A stretch of DNA of 63,562 bases, filler included, from Nemertoderma westbladi (taxonomy: Eukaryota; Animalia; Xenacoelomorpha): the NCBI GenBank assembly GCA_032718475.1. It is 4 parts of 4 records of this genome, joined end to end, with 100 filler letters (N's around TTAATTAATTAA, not from the genome) between each part and the next. Parts side by side here need not be neighbours in the genome. Positions count along the whole stretch, not along the records: positions 1 to 16,445 come from JAUCBJ010002941.1; positions 16,546 to 43,590 come from JAUCBJ010006901.1; 2 more parts are not named here. The stretch is one strand, 5' to 3'. The notes under the pieces are model-generated. The model was not told where the DNA came from. It did no database searches and saw only the letters and a program-made list of their open reading frames with translations. Made by a program: the position numbers and the translations under genes. Of this stretch, positions 12,001 to 22,914 are shown one piece after another (the first letter of the stretch is position 1; the number at the start of each line of letters is the position of its first letter).

Positions 12001-13180
12001 TGATACTAGTATCGCCCTGTAGGACCGGACCATTCTGATAGCGGGTCGGGGTTCCCCCATTCTCATCAGAACTGAGTTCTGTCTCACTACGGTTGTCCTG
12101 CGCCTTCAGACCTCGAACTATACGGTAGGCGATCTTCGCGAAGCCGACGCCCCAGACAGCGGAGAACACAAGGAGAAGAAGCAATTGGGAGTTGAATAAA
12201 CTCCACCAGCTGATAAGCGGTAAACGGAAGCTGCGTGGCGTCTGGAAGCTTTCGGGGACCGCGGGTATGTAGCAGTCGAAGGTGTCGAGAGACTCGAAAA
12301 TAGTCGAGTAGAGAACAAAATAGGGGAAGATGTAGAGACGAGAGACAGTGAAAACAGCGACAAGGACGTATACGAGAGGGCGAGCTATGTAGTCGAGCTT
12401 GGCGTAATGAAGGACCTTGGCGGTGTAAGCGACCGGATCCATAACATCGTGAACGACGACAATTAGCAGTCCGATACGGACGTAGTCGAAGAGCCATGAG
12501 AAAGCGATGAGGTTGATGGTGAGGACATGGTGAACAAACATAATGAGGTTGTCCTTACGACGGGATTCCTTCATGTGCATGGGAATCTCCTTGAGGTAGT
12601 AACCGAGTTGGACCATGTAGAACCAATGGAGACAGGGAGATATGGTGGCTGGGTAGTCCAACCACGCCTTCCGTGTATGAGGGAAGATTCCCTCCTGTTG
12701 GATGAGATAGAAACCCCAGACCAACATAGTTATGTGGTAAAGCGTCTTCCAGAAGTAAGATATGAATTTATCCAGGGTTGATGGTTGATCTTGTTGTCGA
12801 CGTCTCCGGAACCAACGTTCTACTCTATCGGCCTCCATATCGGCCTTCTTGGCCATACCTTTAATGGCCTCACGATTGGGCCGGGTGCACTTACCGTAGG
12901 CCTCTTCCAACACCGGGTTTATTAGTCCGCCGTTACTTGGTTTCTTAGCTTTTATTCCCGCTAGTTTAGTGGCAACCGGCGTGGCGATGCATGTCTCTAT
13001 GAAGTAGCGGATTAGCAGGAGACACAGACCGCAGATAAAGGCGTCTTTAATATCCCGCGCCTCGGGGCGGCGTAATGTAACCCCCGGGTCGTTCACCAAT
13101 TCGTCCCATGTATGGTTAGGGGCGAGCCATCTTTTCTCGTTCCAAATAGTATCGTATAAGGATTGGCTTAAATTCGACAT
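11993..13180 (-). CDS. CERS: ceramide synthase (LASS/LAG1 family; Hox-like + TLC domain), intronless
   Basis: 395-aa ORF; N-terminal W..WL....TW, homeodomain-like VERWFRRRR, Lag1 motif RKD..MFVHH...VRIG....VHD..D...AK, C-terminal DNRSETE. Confidence 0.95.
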   Translation of the reverse strand: MSNLSQSLYDTIWNEKRWLAPNHTWDELVNDPGVTLRRPEARDIKDAFICGLCLLLIRYFIETCIATPVATKLAGIKAKKPSNGGLINPVLEEAYGKCTRPNREAIKGMAKKADMEADRVERWFRRRRQQDQPSTLDKFISYFWKTLYHITMLVWGFYLIQQEGIFPHTRKAWLDYPATISPCLHWFYMVQLGYYLKEIPMHMKESRRKDNLIMFVHHVLTINLIAFSWLFDYVRIGLLIVVVHDVMDPVAYTAKVLHYAKLDYIARPLVYVLVAVFTVSRLYIFPYFVLYSTIFESLDTFDCYIPAVPESFQTPRSFRLPLISWWSLFNSQLLLLLVFSAVWGVGFAKIAYRIVRGLKAQDNRSETELSSDENGGTPTRYQNGPVLQGDTSIKG

Positions 13181-13794
13181 TGTCAGATTGTAGTCAGGTA
13201 GTTGCAGTAGTCTGTCCAGTCTGCCAGTAGTAGGCCTACTGTACAGCTGTAGTTGTACTGTTGTAGTAGGCTATCGGCTGATCGGTAAGGCCTTTCTGCC
13301 TTTTGTATTGTAGTACTGTAGTACCGTAGTGACTTCACTAGGCCTATAGCCTACTGTCTGACTGTAGGCCTACCAGCCTACCGGTGTATGTGTGTGCTGT
13401 AGCAGTGTGTACTGTGTAGTGACTTGACTAGTCCAGTACTGCCGTACCCGCACGGTACTGCAGTAGTCAGCTACCTAGTCTAAAACTTCGCTAGGCCTAG
13501 TCCTGTAGACCAATACTGCAATAGGCCTAGTCAGCTAGTCTAACACAGTAACAGCAACCACGCAACAGCCTGACAGCAGAACAGCATAGCAGGCAGCCCG
13601 CAGCAGGTACTACCAACTACTGTACTACCAACTACGGTAACGGTACTTCAGTACTTCTGGTGCCAGACTGCGGTTGGCGGTGTGCGGTAGCACGGGTGAC
13701 GGGCGGGAAGATGGCCTACTGCAGTACTGCAGTAGAGTAGTACTGCTGTGTACTGCCAGACTGCACTGTACTCTGGCAGTCTGGTACTGCTGTA

Positions 13795-14060
13795 CCCCCT
13801 ATTGAAAAGTTTTATTTTCTGCGCCGAACGCGGCGCCGGGTGCCTAAAATCCTGCGCCGGCTCCGAGCAAAACCACGCCGGGTGCAAAAAATCCTGCGCC
13901 GGCTCTGTGCAAAACCACGCCGGGTGCAAAAGATCCTGCGCCGGCTCTGTGCAAACCCACGCCCATGCCAGGTGCAAAAATCCTGCGCCGGCTCTGTGCA
14001 ATGCAAAACGCTGCGCCGGGTGAAAAATCTTCCACCGGCTCTTCAAAGCTGCACCGGGCT
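13795..14060. repeat. ~40-bp GC-rich subterminal-type repeats, probably the left end of a DNA transposon whose other end is near 16370-16445
   Basis: starts TA|CCCCTATTGAAAA, then AAAATCCTGCGCCGGCTCTGTGCAAAACCACGCCGGGTGC units; similar CTGCGCC/CGCCGGG motifs just before the gap. Confidence 0.6.
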
Positions 14061-15199
14061 GACTGGTATAAAACATAAAATCTGCCTGTTATACTGTACA
14101 GTACCTGTAGTTTATTCGGTTATCTATAATACTGCAGCTGCACTAATCCGAGTTGTTACTTAAACGAACGAAAGTTGTGGGTGGGTGAAATGAAAATAAG
14201 GACACAGAGACGGAAAACCTTAAAGACAAATGCAACAAGTACAGTAGGTACGTTGTTTTATTCCAAAAGTGTAAAAATACGAAACAACTACTTAAGAAAC
14301 ACTGCATGTAAATTTTTGTTGTCAAGTAAAGTGTACATTTTTTGAAATTACTCAAATGTTACAATATGAATTATAGACAGAATATTAAAGACTACCGGTA
14401 CTTCAGTAGGCCTAGTCCTTGTATTTATGTACTACGTTCTACTTTACTAGGCCTACATACTACGTACTGTGGTCCAGTATACGTCTATGCTACAGATACG
14501 GTATGTCTGAATGAATAATGACTAGCTGTATGTTATGTTATGTTATTAATATCGCCAGAATAACAATAAAATATTAATTTTTGCACATGTACGTACACGT
14601 ACAGTAGATTAAAATAAAATGAACACATAGGTATCTGCAAAGTACGCTAATAAGCGTATGTATGATTTTAAGAAAAATACGGATAATGGTATTCAGGTAA
14701 AATTAGTAAAATATTTAAAATTATAGTATATTTACAGTACTTACAGTTGGTGCATAATAATTATTAAAAAAAAATGAAATTACAGTAAAATTAAATTAAA
14801 AAACGGCAAAGCATACTTACAGTAGGTTCAAGGGCTTCAACAACATACAGTACTAAAGCAAACATATTAATAAGGACAAGTTTACAATACTCTATAGGAT
14901 ACAACACAACAATACGTAGTTATACGTAACATAAATTTGGTACCGTAGGTAGTACCGTATGTCGCATAAGTAAAATATTACTGCTGAAATAAAACGCGCA
15001 AAGTAAAGTAACTACAAAAGGTAGGACAACAATTAAACATAAAAAAACACTATTTTAAAATTTAACAAAAAAAAATGTTTTTTGAGATTGAAAAAATGAA
15101 AATAATAGGTACTGTAGCTAGATTTTAATAAAAATATCGTTGTATCCGAAAGATATCGCTTTCGCTACTGCCACTTGGCGCACAGGAGTATCACTATAT

Positions 15200-15910
15200 A
15201 TTAATTTTAATGGACATTTCGCAGTCTAGTCTATTTTTGAATATGCTCAATCATGGAGTACCAAGGGTATTACGTGCATTAACAACACTTTCCGGTAATG
15301 GTAAAGGATTCCAAATGTTTACAACGCTGTCTGCAAAGTTGTTGCGTGTTAACATTGGTGGAGTTAGGAACGAAACTGGAAGAAATTACTTCGCTCAATT
15401 TTGTCAATCCCGTTGATAAACTTGTATGTTGTTATAAGGTCGGCTAGTACACGGCGATATATTAATGTCGGTAGTTTGAGTGCAAGTAGTCGGTTTTCAT
15501 ATGACAACTCATCCAGCGATAGTACAACTGTACAAGGCGAGTGACCACACGGTGTTGTACTTGTTCAAGACGTTCAATATTTATCATGTCGGAGGAATGG
15601 CGAACAAACATCTGTGTCGTATTCAAGAAGAGGCCGACCACGAGCTTCCAAATATGTAAAAGTTCTTCGTATTAAATGTACGACTCGCATGGCGCGGGCT
15701 GGAGTCTTTGTGCAGTGAGCTGTGATGCTGTGAACTGGTGAAGGACAAGTCTGGTGTAAATGTAATTCCAAAATCACGTTCCTCGGTCAGTCGGTTGCCG
15801 ATACAAGTGTCCATCCATTCATTGTGTAAAGGTTGCTTGGGGATTTCTAGAACCTAGATGCATGCATGACCTTGCACTTGGAGTCATTGAACTGCAATTT
15901 CCAATGGTTA
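15200..15910 (-). mobile_element. degraded CR1-type LINE 3' end
   Basis: minus-strand peptides WQLQFNDSKCKVMH, ERDFGITF..DLSF, LIRRTFTYL, RPLLEY. Confidence 0.7.
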
Positions 15911-16445
15911 CACATGTGTGTCGGTAATAAATTGTTTCATTATCAATAGTGCCATAGTATAAGTCGTTTTGTTTTATTCACTGTTCAACTTCATTCTGTC
16001 TGCCCGTTTTATTATATGTGCAGTTTTATTTATACGCGTCTATGACAGCGGTGTCTCCATCCAAATAATATAATATAAATATAGCTTATACAATACAGCA
16101 ATATTATGTAAATAAATAAACTGACTATGACCAATAGCAATAATGACTGATCAGCTGATAGCTGGTACTGTGATAGCCTACCTGCCTACTGCATAACAGC
16201 ATAACTGCATAAGGTAAAATACGTAAATAAATGACCAGTTGCAGTCAGCCAGTGCTGCAGTGTGAGTTTCTTTTCTGCCTCCTGCATGGCCAGTTGTTAT
16301 GTGTTGCTGTGCTGTTGGTCTGATGAACGCATGTCTGCTGTCTCAGTCTCACTGTCTGCCTGGTGCTAGGTTCGGCTGATTTCTGCGCCAGGCAAATATG
16401 TACGCCGGGTGTGCTGGGCTGATTCCTGCTCCGGCGCCGGGTCAA

Positions 16446-16545
16446 NNNNNNNNNNNNNNNNNNNNNNNNNNNNNNNNNNNNNNNNNNNNTTAATTAATTA
16501 ANNNNNNNNNNNNNNNNNNNNNNNNNNNNNNNNNNNNNNNNNNNN
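16446..16545. other. assembly spacer (Ns with TTAATTAATTAA six-frame stop linker)
   Basis: 100-bp N run with central linker. Confidence 0.98.
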
Positions 16546-17100
16546 TGCACATACAGAGGAAATAGGTCTTAGATCCTCTAAAAACACCGATACAGCAATA
16601 ATACGGTCTCTTACACTTATTAAATCAACTACAGAGTATTTTAATGTAAAAGATAATAAAAATAACGGGGCAATTCAGCAAAGGCTTTTACACTACCTAC
16701 TGCACGCACATGCAGTAGCTACTACACTACAATAAGAAGTTTACAGTATGAAGTCTACTGATCTAGCTCCTTGACCTTTAGGACGTACATACTGCAGCAC
16801 ACTGTGTACAGTTTGTAATGGAAATATGATAATTCTGTAATTTGAATCAACCGCCAAAAAAATATCAATTCACAGCGCCTATCTATATCATCTATCTACT
16901 TAAAATATACTTTTAATATACTGTATAAGTAGTGTACTAGGTATGGTATAAGTGTATAATTGTAATGTTCTGATGTAATTATAAGTGATACAAGCAAATA
17001 ATAATGTCCTTTACATTTTACTGATAGAAGTTAAGCCAAATCCACCGACCCCACCCCCCCCCCCCCCCCCCCCCCCTCCTCAATTTGCAATTTTGCTCAA

Positions 17101-17290
17101 AGTCCCAGACTAGTTAACCAGTCAGCTTAGTTGTTCACGTGCTGCTCGAAGTCCCAGACTAGGTAACCAGTCAGCTTAGTTGTTCACGTGCTGCTCGAAG
17201 CCCCAGACTAGTTAACCAGTCAGCTTAGTTGTTCATGTGCTCCTGACTAGTTAACGTGCTGGTTTAGTTGTTCACGTGCTGCTCGAAGTC
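17101..17290. repeat. 49-bp tandem repeat upstream of UBC9
   Basis: AGTCCCAGACTAGTTAACCAGTCAGCTTAGTTGTTCACGTGCTGCTCGA, about 3.5 copies. Confidence 0.85.
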
Positions 17291-17783
17291 GTAGAATATA
17301 TAAAACAACAACAATAACGGATGAGTAGGTTAAACCGATAAGAAACAATTTATTCTGATTGAATGAATTAGGCCTACATTAGTCTTACTCTATTCATGTA
17401 TTCAATGTTAAAACTTATTTGAATTTACCGCCAAAATATAGGTGGCAGATCTGATCTGCCACCCTTTCCAGTACAAATTACATAATGATGTCTTACGATA
17501 CGATGTCTTTCAATCATTTGAATTTCCCGCGCTATGGAGCAGGGTGGCACCTTTTAGGGACTTGTGTAGGCGTAGCTGTACTGTACTGCATTAGGCCTAA
17601 CCTCTGTAACCTGTAAACCTAACAGCCTAACCGCACTTCAGTACTATCAGACTACCGGTACAGTCCCGTCACTGTTGGTTTTTGACGTTGGGTTTTCTGA
17701 TTTTATTATAAAACGTACCAGTACCTACTGAAATTTACCTATACCAGTACAGCAGTTGGAAGTAGGCCTATACTGATATACGG

Positions 17784-18272
17784 ATGTCTGGAATCGCATC
17801 TGCACGATTGTCTGAAGAACGGAAGGCGTGGCGTAAAGACCATCCCTTTGGTTTTATCGCGAAACCATCGAAGAATCCCGACGGTACACTCAATTTATTC
17901 TGTTGGGAATGTTATATCCCGGGTAAGAAGTCGACGCCCTGGGAGGGAGGCTACTACAAACTCAAAATGTTGTTTAAGGACGATTACCCGAGCTCCCCTC
18001 CCAAGTGTAAGTTCGAGCCGCCGTTGTTTCATCCCAATATCTACCCGAGTGGGACCGTCTGTCTGAGTATCCTAGACGAAGAAAAAGATTGGCGACCCGC
18101 GGTGACAATCAAACAGATTCTACTCGGGATACAGGACCTCCTCAACGACCCCAACATAAACGACCCCGCCCAGGCCGAGGCCTACACCACATACTGTCAG
18201 AACCGAGGCGATTACGATAAGAAAGTTCGAGCGCAATCGAAACGGTTCCCACACCCAGACGGTGGGGAGTGA
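17784..18272 (+). CDS. UBC9: SUMO-conjugating enzyme UBC9, intronless
   Basis: 162 aa; [21 protein letters not shown], catalytic [23 protein letters not shown]. Confidence 0.98.
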   Translation: MSGIASARLSEERKAWRKDHPFGFIAKPSKNPDGTLNLFCWECYIPGKKSTPWEGGYYKLKMLFKDDYPSSPPKCKFEPPLFHPNIYPSGTVCLSILDEEKDWRPAVTIKQILLGIQDLLNDPNINDPAQAEAYTTYCQNRGDYDKKVRAQSKRFPHPDGGE

Positions 18273-19002
18273 ATCCCAGGGGAATACAACGTCGTCCAAC
18301 GGATTAATTAGTCGCCGTTCCCAACTCAATGTCAATAGAAAGTTTTAGGACTTAGAATAAAGGCTATCGATTCAGCAGTATTTGTTATATTTGATGTGGC
18401 ACCGGTCAGCCGGTACCGGCACCACGATATAGAGAGATACCGGTAATGAGTTATTACGTTTTACAGAATATATTTTTTCTTAATTTATATTATATGTAGG
18501 CCTAACATATTCGTATTTTGTGTGAATATTAATACAATATCTTCTCACCTTCTACAAAATTACAAATAAGTACTGTTTAGGGGGTGTAAACATTGAATTC
18601 AATATAAAACATTACGGGAAAGAATCAGGTTACACTGTCAGTGTTTTCTAACCAACACAATAAACTAAAATTTATTTTACTTGAAGTCAATTTGCGAGAC
18701 AGACTATTTTTCACTTGCGGCTAATATGCGCCTCTATCTGTTAGAATATCAGCCGTTCTGTTGAAATTTTAATATCCTTTACTATTTTGTATTTTCCCGT
18801 TACTCCCGTTTTCCTTTGACTAAACAGAGTTAAACCGAGTGTGGGTGACCTTTAATAAGATTATGTGCCATCTATTTTAAAATCGTTTAAAGATATATTT
18901 ATCATTAAATAATTAACATCTTGGCCGGCCCCTTCTACATAGAAATCGAATTGAGTATTTGTTGTGCGTTTTCCCAACAAGTTGCATTGATCAGTATCGT
19001 GA

Positions 19003-20208
19003 GCGGTACCAGTAGAGTGGTACAGAGCAGTAGAGCGGTACAGAGCAGTAGAGGGGTACAGAGCAGTAGAGCGGTACAGAGCAGTTGAGCGGTACAGAGC
19101 AGTAGAGCGGTACAGAGCAGTAGAGCGCTACAGAGCAGTAGAGTGGTACAGAGCAGTAGAGCGGTACAGAGCAGTATAGCGGTACAGAGCAGTAGAGCGG
19201 TACAGAGCAGTAGAGCGGTACAGAGCAGTAGAGCGGTACAGAGCAGTTGAGTGGTACAGAGCAGTAGAGCGGTACAGAGCAGTAGAGTGGTACAGAGCAG
19301 TAGTGCGGTACCGGTAGAGCGGTAGAGCGGTACAGAGCAGTAGAGCGGTACAGAGCAGTAGAGCGGTACAGAGCAGTTGAGCGGTGCAGAGCAGTAGAGC
19401 GGTACAAGCAGTAGAGCGGTGCAGAGCAGTAGAGCGGTACAGAGCAGTAGAGCGGTACATAGCAGTAGAGCGGTACAGAGCAGTACCGGTAGAGCGGTAC
19501 AGAGCAGTAGAGCGGTACATAGCAGTAGAGCGGTACATAGCAGTAGAGTGGTACAGAGCGGTACCGGTAGAGCGGTACAGAGCAGTACAGCGGTACAGAG
19601 CAGTAGAGTGGTACAGAGCAGTAGAGTGGTACAGAGCAGTAGAGCGGTACAGAGCAGTAGAGCGGTACAGAGCAGTAGAGTGGTACAGGGCAGTAGAGCT
19701 GGTACAGAGCAGTAGAGTGGTACAGAGCAGTAGAGTGGTACAGAGCAGTAGAGCGGTACCGGTTAGAGCGGTACAGAGCAGTAGAGCGGTACAGAGCAGT
19801 AGAGCGGTTCAGAGCAGTAGAGTGGTACAGAGCAGTAGAGCGGTTCAGAGCAGTAGAGTGGTACAGAGCAGTAGAGCGGTACAGAGCAGTTGAGCAGTGC
19901 AGAGCAGTAGAGTGGTACAGATCAGTAGAGCGGTACCGGTAGAGCGGTACAGAGCAGTAGAGCGGTACAGAGCAGTAGAGCGGTGCAGAGCAGTAGAGTG
20001 GTACAAAGCAGTAGAGCGGTACCGGCCTAGAGCGGTACAAAGCAGTAGAGCAGTACAGAGCAGTAGAGCGGTACAGAGCAGTAGCGAGCGGTACATAGCA
20101 GTAGAGCAGTCGAGCAGTGGCGGTACAGAGCAGTAGAGCGGTACAGAGCAGTTGAGTGGTACAGAGCAGTAGAGCAGTACTGGTAGAGCGGTACAGAGCA
20201 GTAGAGCA
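19003..20208. repeat. 18-bp minisatellite
   Basis: AGAGCAGTAGAGCGGTAC, about 65 copies; generates spurious VPLYCS/RAVERY ORFs. Confidence 0.97.
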
Positions 20209-20915
20209 GTTACAGAGGCGGGATTTTCTAACCAAAACAATAAACAGTCACTTTACCAAATGAAGGAAAGGAGCAGGTTACAGAGGCGGGCCTTTCTAAC
20301 CAAAACAATAAACGGTCGCTTTACCAAATCAGGGAAAGGAGCAGGTTACAGAGGCGTGATTTTCTAACCAAAACAATAAACAGTCACTTTACCAAATGAA
20401 GGAAAGGAGCAGGTTACAGAGGCGGGCCTTTCTAACCATAACAATAAACGGTCACTTTACCAAATAAGGGAAAGGAGCAGGTTACAGAGGCGGGATTTTC
20501 TAACCAAAACAATAAACGATCATTTAACTAATTGAGGGAAAGGAGCAGGTTACAGAGGCGGGATTTTCTAACCAAAACAATAAACAGTCACTTTACCAAA
20601 TGAATGATTGGAGCAGGTTACAGAGGCGGTCTTTCTAACCAAAACAATAAACGATCACTTAACTAATTCAGGGAAAGGAGCAGGCTACAGAGGCGGGCTT
20701 TTCTAACTAAAACAATAAACGGTCACTTTACCAATTGGGGAAAGGAGCAGGTCACAGAGGCGGGCTTTTCTAACCAAAACAATAATAAATAATCACAATT
20801 ACCAATTGAGGGAAAGTAGCAGGTTACAGAAGCAGGTGTTTCTAACCAAAACAATAAACGATCACTTTTAGCAATTGGGGAAAGGAGCCGGTTACAGAAA
20901 CGGAATTTTCTAACC
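20209..20915. repeat. 68-bp tandem repeat, also dispersed in the window
   Basis: GTTACAGAGGCGGG..TTTCTAACCAAAACAATAAAC..TCACTTTACCAA...GGAAAGGAGCAG, about 10 copies; related units at ~1860-1940, 2210-2290, 41695-41745 and 43925-44070. Confidence 0.93.
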
Positions 20916-21631
20916 ACGCATTTTACGGCGGCATTATATTACATTATGAACGGTTGTATATATCCTATATTGGGACAACCTCTTTGCTTTTTAGCTAAAA
21001 CCGGCCCGATATTTTCGATATCCGTGTGTTTTCACTATCAAATGGGGAATAAGTAGATTTTTCGAACACATTGTATGTGGACTGATCTGTTCGTTTAGAA
21101 CTACATTATAGATTTAGAGGTACCACCACAGCTACCCATAACATTACAGTAGTCATCATGATCCATTTTAAATGCATTATCCAGATATGTATCAATTATC
21201 TAAAATTTATTAATTATTTAAAAGGTCAGCCTGTACTAAAATTCTGAAATACGTTTATTAATTACCATCATTCTCTCATTTACAACTGTTTAGGCTACAT
21301 ATCAGAGTACCGGTATCAATATCTATTGTACAGTAGCTGAGTATTATAATGCTATGTAATTATTTCTAAGGCATAGGCTTTATACCTACCTACTTACAAT
21401 ACTGCAAAATACAGTACTGCTCTATATACTAATACCGGTACTATGATAGCCTAAGAGAACAGCAGTAGAGAAACCGGTAGCATGAAACCTAACAGTAGAT
21501 TTCTGGCGGACATAAAAAGCCAAAAGAAGGGGACATTATGAGTGATTTAAACGGACAAGAAAAATTATTGCGTTTATTATGTCAATAATCAATAACTAAT
21601 TGGGTTTAATCGATAATTAAGACATGTTCTA

Positions 21632-22212
21632 TGTGACGGGATCCTGGAGTTGGCAGTGTGGATCCCTACCGGTGTGTTGTTTGGATTATATGCGTCGCCG
21701 CGTCTGTAGGCTGCTGAAAGGCTGTGGTGTCTGAATGCTAAGGCCGAAGGCCGTTTGAAAAACTGAGTTTTAGTGGCAGTTGTTCGTAATGTCAGAATAT
21801 AATAATAGCACAGTCAGAATATAATAGCACGGTAATGACGACGGTTAAAAACCGTTCCGGTCTCACAATAAGTATAACGGTTATATTGCTAACACATATT
21901 AGTTACTCCTACTGTTCTAAGTGGCCTGGCCAATGGATGCGTTCCAATCACCTGTTTTCCTGTCCCATCATTGGCTAACCTAATTAATCTCTATCTCGGC
22001 ACTCCCTGATGCCACTATCCCCAATTGCTAGCCCCTTTGTCCTTTGAGATGGCTTATGGCCTCTCAACTCTGTTCGTGGCTGGCAGTGTGTATTGCCTGA
22101 GTTGGTTATTAGGTGACATGATATTAATAATGTCACCTTCCCAACTGTAATTGGTAAAAAGCCACTTTCCCAATTTTCCACTGGGTAGTGCAGGGAATTG
22201 AATCTGCTTACA
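21632..22212 (-). mobile_element. putative 3' LTR of a truncated LTR retrotransposon, preceded by a polypurine tract
   Basis: minus strand reads a long G run then AG|TGTAAG...GTCACA (TG...CA, 581 bp); sharp compositional boundary at 21632; no second LTR in the window. Confidence 0.65.
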
Positions 22213-22914
22213 CTCCCCCCCCCCCCCATGCTATCTATCTTCCCGGTGAGAAGATAGCATCAACCTTAAGTGCGCTTCAATTCCACTGGATTCCAATCTA
22301 GTATTGGATGTAGGGTGGAATTTTCTTCTTGGGGTCAGCTTTCCAGGCTGGCCCCCCTGGGTCTGTTTTCACTACCCATCCTTGGCACATTTGCGAGCTA
22401 AGCTGTACCAAGGCATCTGACGTCTCTGTTTTAGACCTGTTTTAGACTCTTAGACGCCCTCACTCCTCACACAATTTTATGTATCGGACTTCGTTTGTCC
22501 GTTCCCCTCTCACTAGTCACATAGGACTTATCCCCCTCCACGCTCTGAATCTTGCACTCTACTTCCCCATACCCTAATACCGCCTCCCCATGCTCCTCCC
22601 ATACTCAAGCCGTTTCATTCTCACTCATTTCTGTTGGGCCTCACATTCTCGTTTATGTTGTCGCATTCAAGAAGTGAGGTCCGTCCAATGTCTCGTCCTC
22701 CTGTTTCAGTCAATTAGTCCCCACTCCCAGTAGCTAATTGGAAAAGGTTATATCTGACTATAGTACGTATGTTATACTTTCTCTAATATTGATTGATTAC
22801 CTACATACATACTAATTGCACTTAAGTTAATTGCATTTAGGAATTATTCGTACTGGCCTGTCCATGCGGTGCCTTCCAGGCACATTGACATCACCTGTAA
22901 TCAGTCCTAGAGTT

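Noticed and set aside
11347-12038. Three overlapping Cys/Tyr/Pro-rich ORFs
   Set aside because: Translations of the minisatellite, open in all frames; no evidence of coding.
13648-14163. Overlapping ORFs on both strands
   Set aside because: Produced by GC-rich ~40-bp subterminal repeats.
16490-16501. TTAATTAATTAA motif repeated three times in the window
   Set aside because: Artificial linker inside N spacers, not biological.
11993-18272. CerS-UBC9 gene cluster or viral/Maverick cargo cassette
   Set aside because: The genes are separated by an artificial spacer, and no capsid, polB or packaging ATPase genes or enclosing TIRs are visible.
18991-20240. 414-aa VPLYCS-repeat ORF and antisense RAVERY ORFs
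   Set aside because: Artefacts of an 18-bp stop-free satellite.
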